Shown here piece after piece: positions 1 through 10,464 of a stretch of DNA of 64,000 bases. The stretch comes from Pseudovirgaria hyperparasitica (taxonomy: Eukaryota), in the NCBI GenBank assembly GCA_010093815.1, contig ML996565.1, one strand, 5' to 3'. Made by a program: the position numbers and the translations under genes. Under the pieces are notes generated by a model that was not told where the DNA came from, made no database searches, and saw only the letters and a list, made by a program, of their open reading frames with translations. Numbering within the stretch: the stretch's first letter is position 1; each line of letters opens with the position of its first letter.

Positions 1-380
1 CTAGGCGATGCCGCAGAGAACAGAGCTATCAAGAACCTGCTCCTCGGCGAACATGGCAAGCGAAACGCCTCTGCCATCAACATCAGCAGCACAAAAGGGG
101 CTATTGGACACCTGCTCGGAGCCGCGGGAGCTGTGGAAGCAATCTTCTCTGTGCTCGCCATACACGAGGTGAGTCGCGTGTGCTTGACGCGCATCTGTAC
201 TGACTGAGGCAGAATACACTCCCACCCACACTTAATCTGGATACCATCGACGCAGAGGAGGGATTCGACTGCAACTATGTCCCGAATGAGGCCCAGCAGC
301 ACAAGGTTGATGTAGCACTCACCAACAGCTTTGGCTTTGGAGGGACAAATGCCAGTCTGTGTTTCAGTAGATACCAATGA
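1..380 (+). CDS. CEM1: 3' end of mitochondrial 3-oxoacyl-ACP synthase (FabF/CEM1 type), truncated by window edge
   Basis: Frame 1 reads [14 protein letters not shown]...[19 protein letters not shown]; intron 169-212 (GTGAGT..CTGAC..CAG); exon 213-380 reads NTLPPTLNL...[19 protein letters not shown]. These are type II KS C-terminal motifs. Confidence 0.9.
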
Positions 381-677
381 ATTCCAAACACTCATACTTG
401 TTCCATCCTGCATCTCGACCTGCTCGGGCTCGGCCGCTTGTCATGCAGCCTCGCCAAAGTCTCCGCCGCTATTCGTCTATCAACCCCACTTGGTAAACAA
501 GCCCGCGATAGTGCCCTTCCTTAGCCCCACGCCAATAGACCCCTCTATAAAACGTGCTTCATCCCAACCACTGACTATCCACAAAGGTCGAAACGCCCAC
601 CATTATTTGGTGTTTTCCTTTCATACACTCTTTACATGGCAGGCCATTTTGTGCGTTGATCTCCGCGAGTAGTGACT

Positions 678-2317
678 ATGGCGACGACAGACATCTCAGT
701 CGCTCCTCTCCACGAGGAGCCGGACACATTAGAGCACCCTAATGAGCGCCAGACTCTGCTCAAGTCCTTCTCAGACAAAGCAGCGGTATACCATGACAGA
801 GTCCCATATCTGCGGAAGCTCCCGTTCAATGCATTAGCCATAATCCTGTTCATCGCATTTGTGAATGCGGTTGTCTGGGTTGCCGTCGGGATTGTTCTTG
901 TCAGTACCATATATAGCCGTGCATATCATGATTCTACGCTGACACCATACACAGCACTTCAATGCGTATGTCCACCTCCCATCACGCCTCACACCCACTT
1001 GAAGATGCAACTCATAACAACCCAACAGCGGCCTCGCATCCACCGCCGTCCTGGCCTACACCCTAGGCCTCCGCCACGCCCTCGACGCAGACCACATCTC
1101 CGTATCTCGCCCTCCCTCCCTTCCCCCCCTTTAGCTCCCATCACTAACACACCCCCCCAGGCCATCGACCTCATGACACGTCGGCTCATCGCCTCGGGCC
1201 AGCGCCCCGTCACCGTCGGCATGTTCTTCTCGCTCGGCCACTCGACCATCGTGATCGTCACCTCCATCGTCGTCGCCGCCACCGCCGCCGCCATCTCCTC
1301 CCGCTTCGACAACTTCACCCGCGTCGGCAACATCATCGGCACCAGCGTCTCCGCCGCCTTCCTCCTCCTCCTCGGCGCCATGAACGTCTGGATCCTCGTC
1401 CGTCTCCGCAGGCGCCTGATCGCTCTCATCTACCCCTCCTCCACCACCACCTCCTCCTCCACCACCTCCCCAAACAACCCCGACGCCAAACCCCTCACCG
1501 CAGGCCTCCTCTTCACCCTCTTCCACCGCCTCTTCAAACTCATCGACCAGCCCTGGAAAATGTACCCGCTAGGCATCCTCTTCGGCCTCGGCTTCGACAC
1601 CTCCTCCGAAGTGGCCCTGCTCGGCATCTCCTCCATCCAAGCCGCCGCCGGCACCTCCATCTGGCTCATCCTGATCTTCCCCCTCCTCTTCACCGCAGGC
1701 ATGTGTCTGCTCGACACCGCCGACGGCGCCGCAATGATGAGCGTGTACACGAGCAGCGCGCTCGCCCGCGACGCAATTGCGGTGCTGTACTACAGCATTG
1801 TCCTCACGCTTGTGACTGTTGTTGTGGCGCTCGTGATTGGCGTGATTCAGGTGTTGAGTTTGGTGGCGAATGTGGCGGAGCCCGAGGGTGGGTTTTGGGA
1901 TGGTGTGGCGGTGGCGGGCGAGTATTATGATGTTATTGGTGTGTTTTGCTGCTCTTGTTTTGCCTCCTCCTTCTTCTTTTTCTTCTCCCCCTCTCCCGGA
2001 CTCCCGCCCAGACTAACAAAAATCCCCCACTCCCAGGCGGCGCCATATGCGGCTCCTTCATCGTCTTCGGCGTGCTCAGCGTGCTCCTCTACAAGCCCTG
2101 GCGCCGCCACATCGACCGCAAGATGCTGCTCCATCAGCGGCGTCTAGATGCGAGCAGAGATGACGACAACCCCAACAACAACAACGACGACGACGACGCC
2201 GTAAACGAGGCGCCCGGCCAAGCTGCTGACTCGAAGACCAAGTCCCGCGTTCATGTCACGCAGGACGAGGATGGGGAGGGTGCGGGTGTTGGGGGGAGTG
2301 TGAGGGGGGTTGTTTGA
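678..2317 (+). CDS. nic1: High-affinity nickel/cobalt transporter (NiCoT family), 5 exons
   Basis: Exons 678-899, 955-965, 1029-1101, 1161-1938, 2037-2317 give LGLRHALDADHISAID, GMFFSLGHST and LGILFGLGFDTSSE (NiCoT signatures); all introns GT..AG. Confidence 0.93.
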
Positions 2318-2810
2318 GGGGGCGCGGATGTGGGTGTGGGTATAGGTTGGTGGATGGGGGTTTGGATGTGGTGTAGATTGATGGATGGATGAATGGTGGA
2401 CTCGGAAGACTCTATGGCTGCCGAATACATACACTATAGACGCATATAGTCTGGTATATAAAGTATCTCTGACTACATCGTAGTGTGGAAATCGGGAGAT
2501 TGGAATTGGGAGTACTCGTCATCAGCATACTGAGTATGGCATAGCAACAATAACCGCGCCCGTAATCACACAAATATACAAAAGCCTATTTAACTAGCTA
2601 TCTAAGCTGAGCCAGATACATACAGCGCTGTCTAAGCCCAAGCAGCCATACAGCTATCTAAGCCCCTGTGTCTACCATTCTCAGGTCGTATGTAGTGCGG
2701 TGGTGCATAAGTGTAGTTGCTGATTATGAATGAGACCGAAAAAAAACTGCTATTCAAGATATATCGCGGATGATTTTTTTGGGATTCAATGGAGCACGCA
2801 TTTACTTAGA

Positions 2811-2824
2811 CCCCCCCCCCCCCC
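2811..2824. repeat. Poly-C homopolymer (14 nt)
   Basis: Directly visible between two convergent genes. Confidence 0.95.
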
Positions 2825-3082
2825 TACCTTTAAGAAGCGGTGCGGTGAAGGATAGCGTGAAGTGGTGGTATGGGTAGATACAGTCGAGGCTAGGTACCGA
2901 ACATAGCAGTGCAGAAAGCACACGTCTTCCGAAACACAACATGATATATACATGTACATATATACAATAACTACTGCACACACACAAAAGAAGTCGTGCT
3001 CCAAGTCTACCGCCTACTTCCCATATACAACCCAGCTCCCCATCTGCACACTGACTCCCCCCAGCCCCCGCAAGTCCACTCA

Positions 3083-6000
3083 CTACGCCTCCCTAAACGC
3101 CCTAGCACGCATACGGCCCCAGTCCTGCTCATCGAAGCGCGCCTCCCTCGCACCATACAACAGCCTGCCCGCATCCGGCTCTCTCAGCTCAGCGCGCCAG
3201 TCGCAAAGCTCGTCGTCTGTGATTTCGACCGGCCAATCGACCCAGTCCCACACCAGGTTCTTGTAGAACTGCTTTGCGGCCAGGCTAGCGGCGCGTCCGG
3301 GGCGGTGGTTGAAGCGGCGCGTCAGGTTGGCGATCAGCTCGTTGGTGTCTGGGTCGGCGGAGTCGAGGGCGAGTATGTAGGGCTGGTCCTGCTTCAAGGA
3401 TGGGAGAAGGTCAGGGTCGTCGTGGGTTAGAGATGTGCCGATGAGGGCAATGATGTCTGTTGAGAGGACGGGCTCGTGGAGGGCGTGTCCGCTGATGCCT
3501 GCGGGGGCTTCGCCGGCGAGGATGTCAATGCTGGCTGGGAGCATGCCTTGGACTTTCGTTGGAAATAGCGCGCTGCTCTGGGCCCGGGACTTCGGTGGGA
3601 CCTTTTTCGGTTCCCTGGCAGGCGTGTCGGCTGAGTTGAGGGTATTCCAATATGCTCTTGGTCTGACGCACCCCCCTGAATGGGTGATGAGGGCTTGACA
3701 TAGCATGATACCAAGATCTGCATTACGTCGCTTCTGCAACCTTGAGAGGATCTTGACATGAGAACGCCAGTGTCTGAAGAGATGTACAAGGTCTTCCTCC
3801 GCAATCCACTCGCGGGTCGCATGCGTGTGACGGCTCATGATGTCCTTGAAATGACGTGGCCAGCGGTTTTCGTAGCGCATGACTCGGAGAAGTAAATGGC
3901 GATGCTTGTACATGGAACTCAGCATTCTGTAGTCGAACATCAAATCCGACCTTTCGCATAGAAGCAACACGCTGCGGAAGCCGCGTAAGTTGCCACTTTC
4001 AGCATGTGCTTTCATCCAGCAACTCATGATGCTAGTATCAAAAGGACAATGCGCAGTCCATTTGGAGACAAAGACTTCTCGTAACAGGCTGGCCGCAAGA
4101 TGTGGTTTTCTACGGTTGATGAGTTCGTGAGCAGCGCTGAGAGTGATGTAGTGGTTGACTGCAAGCCCCTTGGATTGATTGAAGTGGTAGTATTCGAACA
4201 CCTTCCGGCGGATCATCTCTGGGTCGGAGCGGGTGGTAAAGATGCGATGCGCAAGTAGCCGGCGTATGGCGATATCAACCACGATGCCTTGCTGACGGGC
4301 TCGGGCCATGATAGATTCGGCCAAAGTAGAGTCATCTGGCGTTTCCTTCAAGCACGCAGCGATAGTCAAGTCCAGTATAGGGCCAGTCAGTGGTTTGTGT
4401 TTTGCTAACCGCCCTTCGAACGCTGTCCGAACTTTGGAATACTCCCCGTGAGCATACCACTGGTGGATTTGGGTCCAATAAGCAGCTGGTGAAGCTGATT
4501 GAGTACGAATTGAAAGCGCCAGAGGCGTCGTAAATTCTTCATGCTCCTTCGCGCTCATCTTGGACGCTTCGAAGTCTCGAACTTGACTCCACATGCTCCC
4601 CAATTGTGCAGATAGCAGCCCTGGAGCGTTTCTGTGTAGTAGCTCTGTCATCTCGGCCAAGGTGACAGAGTCTGGTCGGTGGAGCTGCTGGTGTATCCGA
4701 AGGAGATCCCCTGCAAGTTTAGGAGTTACCATGAAGTCCGTTTTGACGCTGTGGAAGTAGGCCAAAATATTTGGGATGTCCGGCCCGCGTCTCTCTTTCA
4801 GAGCAGAATCAACAAGAGTCCTCAGCAGCTCCTCGTTGGGCTTCAGCATGTGTTGTGCGATTCTGCTCTTGACCCAGGAAAATGCCTCGTCGAACGTACG
4901 GGTTGAGAGATAGACAGAAACGAGAGGATGCAAGGCATCCATCTGTCCTTCGGCATCAAGAATCTCAAGGCTATTCAGAGTGTCCAAGATAGGACTCAAG
5001 GCGTACCAATTCTGTCGATCCGCTGCTTCTGCGAGCGCTTCCAATGCTTTGTTACTGCGAACAGAGGTTGGTCCCATTCCTGCGCCATGCCGAGCTTGAA
5101 CTTGTATCGCTGAGAACATTAGGGAAATGCCTTTGCTGAGGTTCGTGGTAGCCGCCATCATCCCGTACACATCTTTCACGACGTTGATGTTCTTAGTGGT
5201 GCTCCAGCACTTCTTCAGAATGGAAACGTAAGCATTCTCCAGAACCCGTTCTCCATTGCTGATGCCTACTTTATCCAGTCTTGTGTGAACAAGTATACCA
5301 TGATCGAGCGCGCTGCAAAGACGTGCAATTCTGCTGATGGCGTGCTCTACAGGACGAACTACGGCAATTGAATAACATACTCTCTCGATCAAGCCTGGAT
5401 CGATTGGAAGCAATGACTCGTACTTTGCAGAAAGCCGTTCGACCGTGTGATGGTTATCAGACTGCGAAAGGAGGATAAGATGTATGTTACCCTGATCTAT
5501 GCCGTCCTGCTTGTCGAGGATAGCAACTAGTTGACTTGTCATCTTCCACTTCCCGCTTTCGAGCGCTTCCGTCAGGACTCGCAGAACCTGAGGCTCTATG
5601 GACGGAACACTCCCTCTGATACGTTTCAACATATCAACCATTCGCCTGGTCTTCTCGCGCACTGATACGTCGGACTCTACAACTTGGCGAAACCGCGACT
5701 CGCATAGACGGGTCCATTGTTCTTTGTGGGTATCGACCTTTGTCACGATGTCGATGATAGCCTGGCATAGAGTGACCGGGATGCTACCCTCGATGATTCT
5801 GTTGAATGCCTCTTCCAAGGACTTTCCGGTTGATGCTGTCTTTCTACGCCGATCCTTTCTTGAAAGCCATACGTACTTGATTAGCTCAAGAGCTTCACGT
5901 TCGTATGGATTATCTCGGAGAGCACCAGTAAACCGCACCAGGCTTGGGGTCTCGGCCAACGGTTCGGATGTGTCCACATAGTACTGTAACAGCTCTTGAC

Positions 6001-7309
6001 TGTGTTCCTCTAGGGAAGCCAAGCACACCTCGTCTAGCTGGCCCCATGATTTCAACCTGTCACGCAATCTCTTGAGGTGGTTCGTGTGTGTGGACCTGGC
6101 GATCATCCGCAGGAGATCCTGACCAATGGTTGTTACCGTCTTACTTGTGATTTGGGTGGTGTCTTCCGTCAGCTCGAGGAATGTCTCTACAAGCTCTTTA
6201 CTAGGGTAAGTTTCAAGGATGTGAGAAGACGGAAGTAGGTGGCCAAAATTAGGCTGCAATTGCACTTTAGATGTCACTGCTTGAAATTCTGTTTGGTTAT
6301 CTTCAAGGGAGGCGGAGCTAAGTCTCTGGTGTGGCTGACCTGTGCGGAGCTCGTGGTATAACAAAAATTTCTCGAGGGCTGAGCTGTGCGTAGGCGCACG
6401 ATCAATGGCTGCTGGTAATGCAGCACTATTTACAGTTGCAATTGCAGCTGGTCTTGTATGTAGGCTCCCCCACATACTCTGTGACTTTGCGGATAAGGGG
6501 ACAGCCATTGCAGGGATATCACTAGCTTTCGTGGCATCAGAGAACAGCGGTGGCATTTTGAGTATATCAGCCTCCTTCAATGTTCCAGCCCATGGTGTCT
6601 GATATGGTCCAGGATCTCTCGGTGCATCAGGAGGGAGGTAAAAGAGTGAAGTCAGGTCCATCGACACCGGATTGATTTGCTGTGAATCCAAATGCAACGA
6701 ACGCGGGTACACCGATGACGAAGATAGGCTCGCATACTTATTGTAGAGTCGATGACAGGAGTCTCGACAATTCAATCCTCCCGGGGACAGCTTCAATTGA
6801 TGCCTCCCACCCAGCCCGCTTACGCGTCGATTTTGCATTCTCGACATCATCCTTCGGATTTCATCCTTCCATTTGACTCTTTTGGTATGCTCGTTCACCT
6901 CTTTACGTGCCCGTTTCGTCGTCGTCTCGCCTCGTGGCGCACTTGTATGTAGCTTCCTCCGCCCACTCCTCGTATCGCCGCTCTTCGTTATGTGGTATCC
7001 TTCCTGTTCGTCGATCTCAACAGCCGGTCTCTTGTACGGCTTATGGATCCTCTGTTCCAGTACTCCAGTTCCGCCTAATTGTTTCATCTCTTCCCCTGTC
7101 AACGCGCTTCGATGCACTAACCTCCGCCCCCGCACGCTCTTGAGCTTCTTCCCATTGTCGACAACTTTTTGCAACGTGCATATTCTCCGTCGCCTTTCTT
7201 CGTATAGCAATAGACTGACGCCGGCGGTAGTGCCGAGGCTGCCATACAGAGCGGCATCGCGCAGGAATTTGAGCGTTTCTGTGGATGGTGCGCGTAGTAT
7301 TGGGGGCAT
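3083..7309 (-). CDS. Large helical-repeat (PPR-like) protein, probably mitochondrial RNA metabolism
   Basis: Single open frame of ~1400 aa; likely start MPPILRAPST at 7309. The N-terminal segment LRDAALYGSLGTTAGVSLLLYEERRRRICTLQKVVDNGKKLK resembles fungal PPR-type hypothetical proteins; the C-terminal half has PPR-like helical units (e.g. FDTSIMSCWMKAHAESGNLRGF). Confidence 0.6.
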   Translation of the reverse strand: MPPILRAPSTETLKFLRDAALYGSLGTTAGVSLLLYEERRRRICTLQKVVDNGKKLKSVRGRRLVHRSALTGEEMKQLGGTGVLEQRIHKPYKRPAVEIDEQEGYHITKSGDTRSGRRKLHTSAPRGETTTKRARKEVNEHTKRVKWKDEIRRMMSRMQNRRVSGLGGRHQLKLSPGGLNCRDSCHRLYNKYASLSSSSVYPRSLHLDSQQINPVSMDLTSLFYLPPDAPRDPGPYQTPWAGTLKEADILKMPPLFSDATKASDIPAMAVPLSAKSQSMWGSLHTRPAAIATVNSAALPAAIDRAPTHSSALEKFLLYHELRTGQPHQRLSSASLEDNQTEFQAVTSKVQLQPNFGHLLPSSHILETYPSKELVETFLELTEDTTQITSKTVTTIGQDLLRMIARSTHTNHLKRLRDRLKSWGQLDEVCLASLEEHSQELLQYYVDTSEPLAETPSLVRFTGALRDNPYEREALELIKYVWLSRKDRRRKTASTGKSLEEAFNRIIEGSIPVTLCQAIIDIVTKVDTHKEQWTRLCESRFRQVVESDVSVREKTRRMVDMLKRIRGSVPSIEPQVLRVLTEALESGKWKMTSQLVAILDKQDGIDQGNIHLILLSQSDNHHTVERLSAKYESLLPIDPGLIERVCYSIAVVRPVEHAISRIARLCSALDHGILVHTRLDKVGISNGERVLENAYVSILKKCWSTTKNINVVKDVYGMMAATTNLSKGISLMFSAIQVQARHGAGMGPTSVRSNKALEALAEAADRQNWYALSPILDTLNSLEILDAEGQMDALHPLVSVYLSTRTFDEAFSWVKSRIAQHMLKPNEELLRTLVDSALKERRGPDIPNILAYFHSVKTDFMVTPKLAGDLLRIHQQLHRPDSVTLAEMTELLHRNAPGLLSAQLGSMWSQVRDFEASKMSAKEHEEFTTPLALSIRTQSASPAAYWTQIHQWYAHGEYSKVRTAFEGRLAKHKPLTGPILDLTIAACLKETPDDSTLAESIMARARQQGIVVDIAIRRLLAHRIFTTRSDPEMIRRKVFEYYHFNQSKGLAVNHYITLSAAHELINRRKPHLAASLLREVFVSKWTAHCPFDTSIMSCWMKAHAESGNLRGFRSVLLLCERSDLMFDYRMLSSMYKHRHLLLRVMRYENRWPRHFKDIMSRHTHATREWIAEEDLVHLFRHWRSHVKILSRLQKRRNADLGIMLCQALITHSGGCVRPRAYWNTLNSADTPAREPKKVPPKSRAQSSALFPTKVQGMLPASIDILAGEAPAGISGHALHEPVLSTDIIALIGTSLTHDDPDLLPSLKQDQPYILALDSADPDTNELIANLTRRFNHRPGRAASLAAKQFYKNLVWDWVDWPVEITDDELCDWRAELREPDAGRLLYGAREARFDEQDWGRMRARAFREA

Positions 7310-7736
7310 GCTGCCGGTGGTCACCACGACAATCCAATCAAGGGGTGCTCCTGGCGGGTGTGCATCGCGAGGACGTTTAACTGAAGAATTGCGATGTACA
7401 CATATGTGAGAGGGGTGGCCGAGGGTCAATGATTGGATTTGTATCGGAGATGCAGAAGAAGTTCGCCGGAGTTGGAGTGTAGCATGAATGCAGACTAGCT
7501 TGTTTCTTAGCGTCATGGATTGATGAGTCTGGATGCCTTAAGACACATGTCAGGTCTCAGACACACATCCTCGAGCAATATTATCCAAGGCAACCTTCTA
7601 CGGACTAATCTTGTTTACAGGTTTTTGCTTTCCTCAAGAGAAGATATGTTCAGAATGCAAACGCAAGCCGCCAACGCCGACGCCTAAACAGCAACATAGG
7701 TAGGAACAGACGACCATATTAACTATTGAACAGTCC

Positions 7737-9248
7737 CTATATTCCTTCCATCTCGCCCAAAAATTCCTCGCTATCAGCGATTCTCTCCTCGGGTCTCGCA
7801 TCTTTGACCACTTTTCTCTTTTTCTTCTTGTCTTTCTCAGTCCCATCTCGGTCTCCTCGGTCTATCCCTGACAGATTCTGACTGCCTGACAACCTCTGCG
7901 CAGCAAATTGTTCCATATAGCTCGCCCCTAAGCTACTCGGGTAACCAACACTGCCTGTATCCATCGCATCGACACCACTTCCACTGATGCCCCCAACGTA
8001 TGAACTAGGTGGGCCTTCGCTGCTTTTGGGCAGCCCACCTGCTACCTCGTATTTCGGATCGGTTGCAAAGACTGGGCTGAAGACCTGGTTGACAGATGTG
8101 CTGAAACTGTCCGTGTAGGCTGGGACCTGGCGAATCGCTAGGGAAGATGGGGCAGGCAATGGCGAAAACGTAGATTTTTTTGGGGGGCCGACTAAGTACA
8201 TATCTGCATCTGAGACAAATTCCTTACGCTCTGTTATGGGTGACCAATCGAAGTGTTGTGGTGAAATCACTGGAGATGATGTCTTTGGGGCATCCTTCAG
8301 AATGGTCGTTGAGAAAGACAGGTCAGAGGCATCTTCGTGAAGAACGCCACCCACTGCAATGACGTAGTCGATAGGATCTTCGTCTGAGAGTGGAAGACGT
8401 GCTTTCTCAGGAACCCAGACGTACACAGAAGAACCGTCCTTGTCCGTGATGGCCATATTTGGTGCTGCTGAGCCCTCATCGTCGTCTGTTGGCGTGACTG
8501 GAGTGTCGTTCTGCGGTTCATCCGACGGCCGTACAATGCTATCATCAATGCTGAGGGACACTCGTTTTCTCTTATTTTTCGATGACCGTCCGTTCCGTAG
8601 TGCTGACTTGCGAGTGAGCAGAGGATTCGCTATCGGAACAGACACAGATCTTTCGAGCTTCGAAGGATTGACCTTCAAAATTTCATCGATATGTTTCGTC
8701 GTCGGTACCTCTGGCGACGAATTGCTGCGGGTTGCTTCGAGGAGCGGAAGGAAATGCGGAGTGAAGAAACCGGCTAACTCCATTTCTCGATCGTCGTGTG
8801 GAGAACGATCGTCGTGAATCGCTCGGTCGTGAAAATGTTGTACAGGGGAAGAACCGGGTCGTCGTTGGGATGTATCAACTGGGGCTCTGTGAGGCACATC
8901 GCGTACTTCTTGTTGTGGTTCCTCACTTGCTAATAACTTAGTAGTGTCAAGTTCTGGTTGAACTACCACTTCACGACAGGATTGTTGGGCGGATAAGCGC
9001 TGCTTTAGCAGATTCTCGGAGAATTGGTCGAAGCTTCGTTGCACATCGGTTATGAAAGAGACCACTTGCTCATCAAGCTGTTGACGCTTCGCCTCAAGCT
9101 CTTCCAGGATCGACGAGACATCCGTATCATCCGCAAATGTAAGTAATTTGTCCGAGACCTGGATATAATTCATGGCGCGGGGTTCTCTCTGCGTAACACT
9201 GGTTGGTGTCCTTCCGGAGCTATCCATTGCCATGTCTGAGAAGGTCAT
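7737..9248 (-). CDS. Hypothetical protein with N-terminal coiled coil and long disordered region
   Basis: 503-aa uninterrupted ORF; coiled-coil-like LEELEAKRQQLDEQV; short islands FFTPHFLPLL, RKSALR..KRVSL and SLGASYME. Confidence 0.75.
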   Translation of the reverse strand: MTFSDMAMDSSGRTPTSVTQREPRAMNYIQVSDKLLTFADDTDVSSILEELEAKRQQLDEQVVSFITDVQRSFDQFSENLLKQRLSAQQSCREVVVQPELDTTKLLASEEPQQEVRDVPHRAPVDTSQRRPGSSPVQHFHDRAIHDDRSPHDDREMELAGFFTPHFLPLLEATRSNSSPEVPTTKHIDEILKVNPSKLERSVSVPIANPLLTRKSALRNGRSSKNKRKRVSLSIDDSIVRPSDEPQNDTPVTPTDDDEGSAAPNMAITDKDGSSVYVWVPEKARLPLSDEDPIDYVIAVGGVLHEDASDLSFSTTILKDAPKTSSPVISPQHFDWSPITERKEFVSDADMYLVGPPKKSTFSPLPAPSSLAIRQVPAYTDSFSTSVNQVFSPVFATDPKYEVAGGLPKSSEGPPSSYVGGISGSGVDAMDTGSVGYPSSLGASYMEQFAAQRLSGSQNLSGIDRGDRDGTEKDKKKKRKVVKDARPEERIADSEEFLGEMEGI

Positions 9249-10464
9249 GAAGACGCTTCCGAACTTTCTGTTTTATAGGTATATACTACGTCCTGTGGGG
9301 TAGCCTTTTAGTAATGGACAGTGGTGTCAGTCCGCTTTAGAGTCTCCCTTTGGGTGTGTTGCTATCAACTCGTTCTCTAGCATCGTCCAGCCTTCAAGCT
9401 TAAATGACCAAACCTGCTGACTGGCGTCGGACAGACCCCGAGGTCCTGGTGCAAAGCAATTGCTATACTATTGCAATATTACTGGACGAGTGTTCCGAAC
9501 CTGAAATTCGTGCGTTGAATGCGTTCGGAGAAAGAACCAGACCTCGTGACGGGCTTTGCCAGATAAATGGCCGGGATGCAGCTGCAAAGGTGGAGTAAGG
9601 ATTGAAATACTCCTCTTAAGCGCGTAGACTCGTCTTGAAACCTGATGCTCACAGTAACGACAGACAGGGAGACGAAGATTGAGTCGGGCGACTTGTTACT
9701 AAGGGTTGTCCAGCTCGCAATAGATTGTTCGCAGTCCAAACCTGCTTCGTGAATGGTGATGGATGCACAGATGGCTCCGCGCAACAATCGGTTAAGTTGT
9801 GAATAGAATGCGAGTCAAATTGGTTGTGGTGCAGGCTTCGCATGGCAATTCGACAGACAATATGCAGATGTGCGAACCTGGCCTGGCAGTGGCGATCGGA
9901 TGGATCTTACCGCACGGTTCAGCAGTCGCGAGTCGTTGATTCGCGAATCTCACGCGCTTCGTTGAGCAAGCAAGGGGCCGTGCAGGCCAAATTTAGGTGT
10001 AGTAACATGAATCAATCGAACGGATAAGCAAGGCAAAAAAGTTAGTACGCATAGGGTGATGCCGGTATTACTTATTGGTTTGCACATCCAGACCCGGCCA
10101 CGTCCACGTTTACATAAGGTTGGGCGGTGTGGTACATGTGAGTGTACGTGGACGTGGACGTGGGCGATAAGGCCCGCATGAGTAACACTCGGGAGTCATG
10201 AGGTGCACGTGGTCAAAATCGGCTGTTCTCGGACTAGGACTCCTCGTGCGAGCATATTGGAAGCTCAATGAGCCGTCACGGCATAAACTCAGAACATGTC
10301 GTCAATAGTGATTTGGTTTCTTGTGTCCAATTTCTGGTAGTACTTTCAAGCTATCACAACGCCATAAGACGCCCAGCGCATTTCCTATGCTAACACCAAT
10401 GTCAATCTGCTTTACCTCCCAAACAACCTACACAACAAATGACCGGACAGCATGGTCAGATGGC

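Noticed and set aside
1..380. Ketosynthase motifs as a PKS backbone for the island
   Set aside because: The ORF stops right after the KS C-terminus ([17 protein letters not shown]) with no AT domain. It is a stand-alone type II mitochondrial KS, 16 kb from the island.
672..2147. 491-aa ORF-track protein with Pro/Arg-rich inserts
   Set aside because: Artefact of reading through introns; the spliced model restores the NiCoT motifs.
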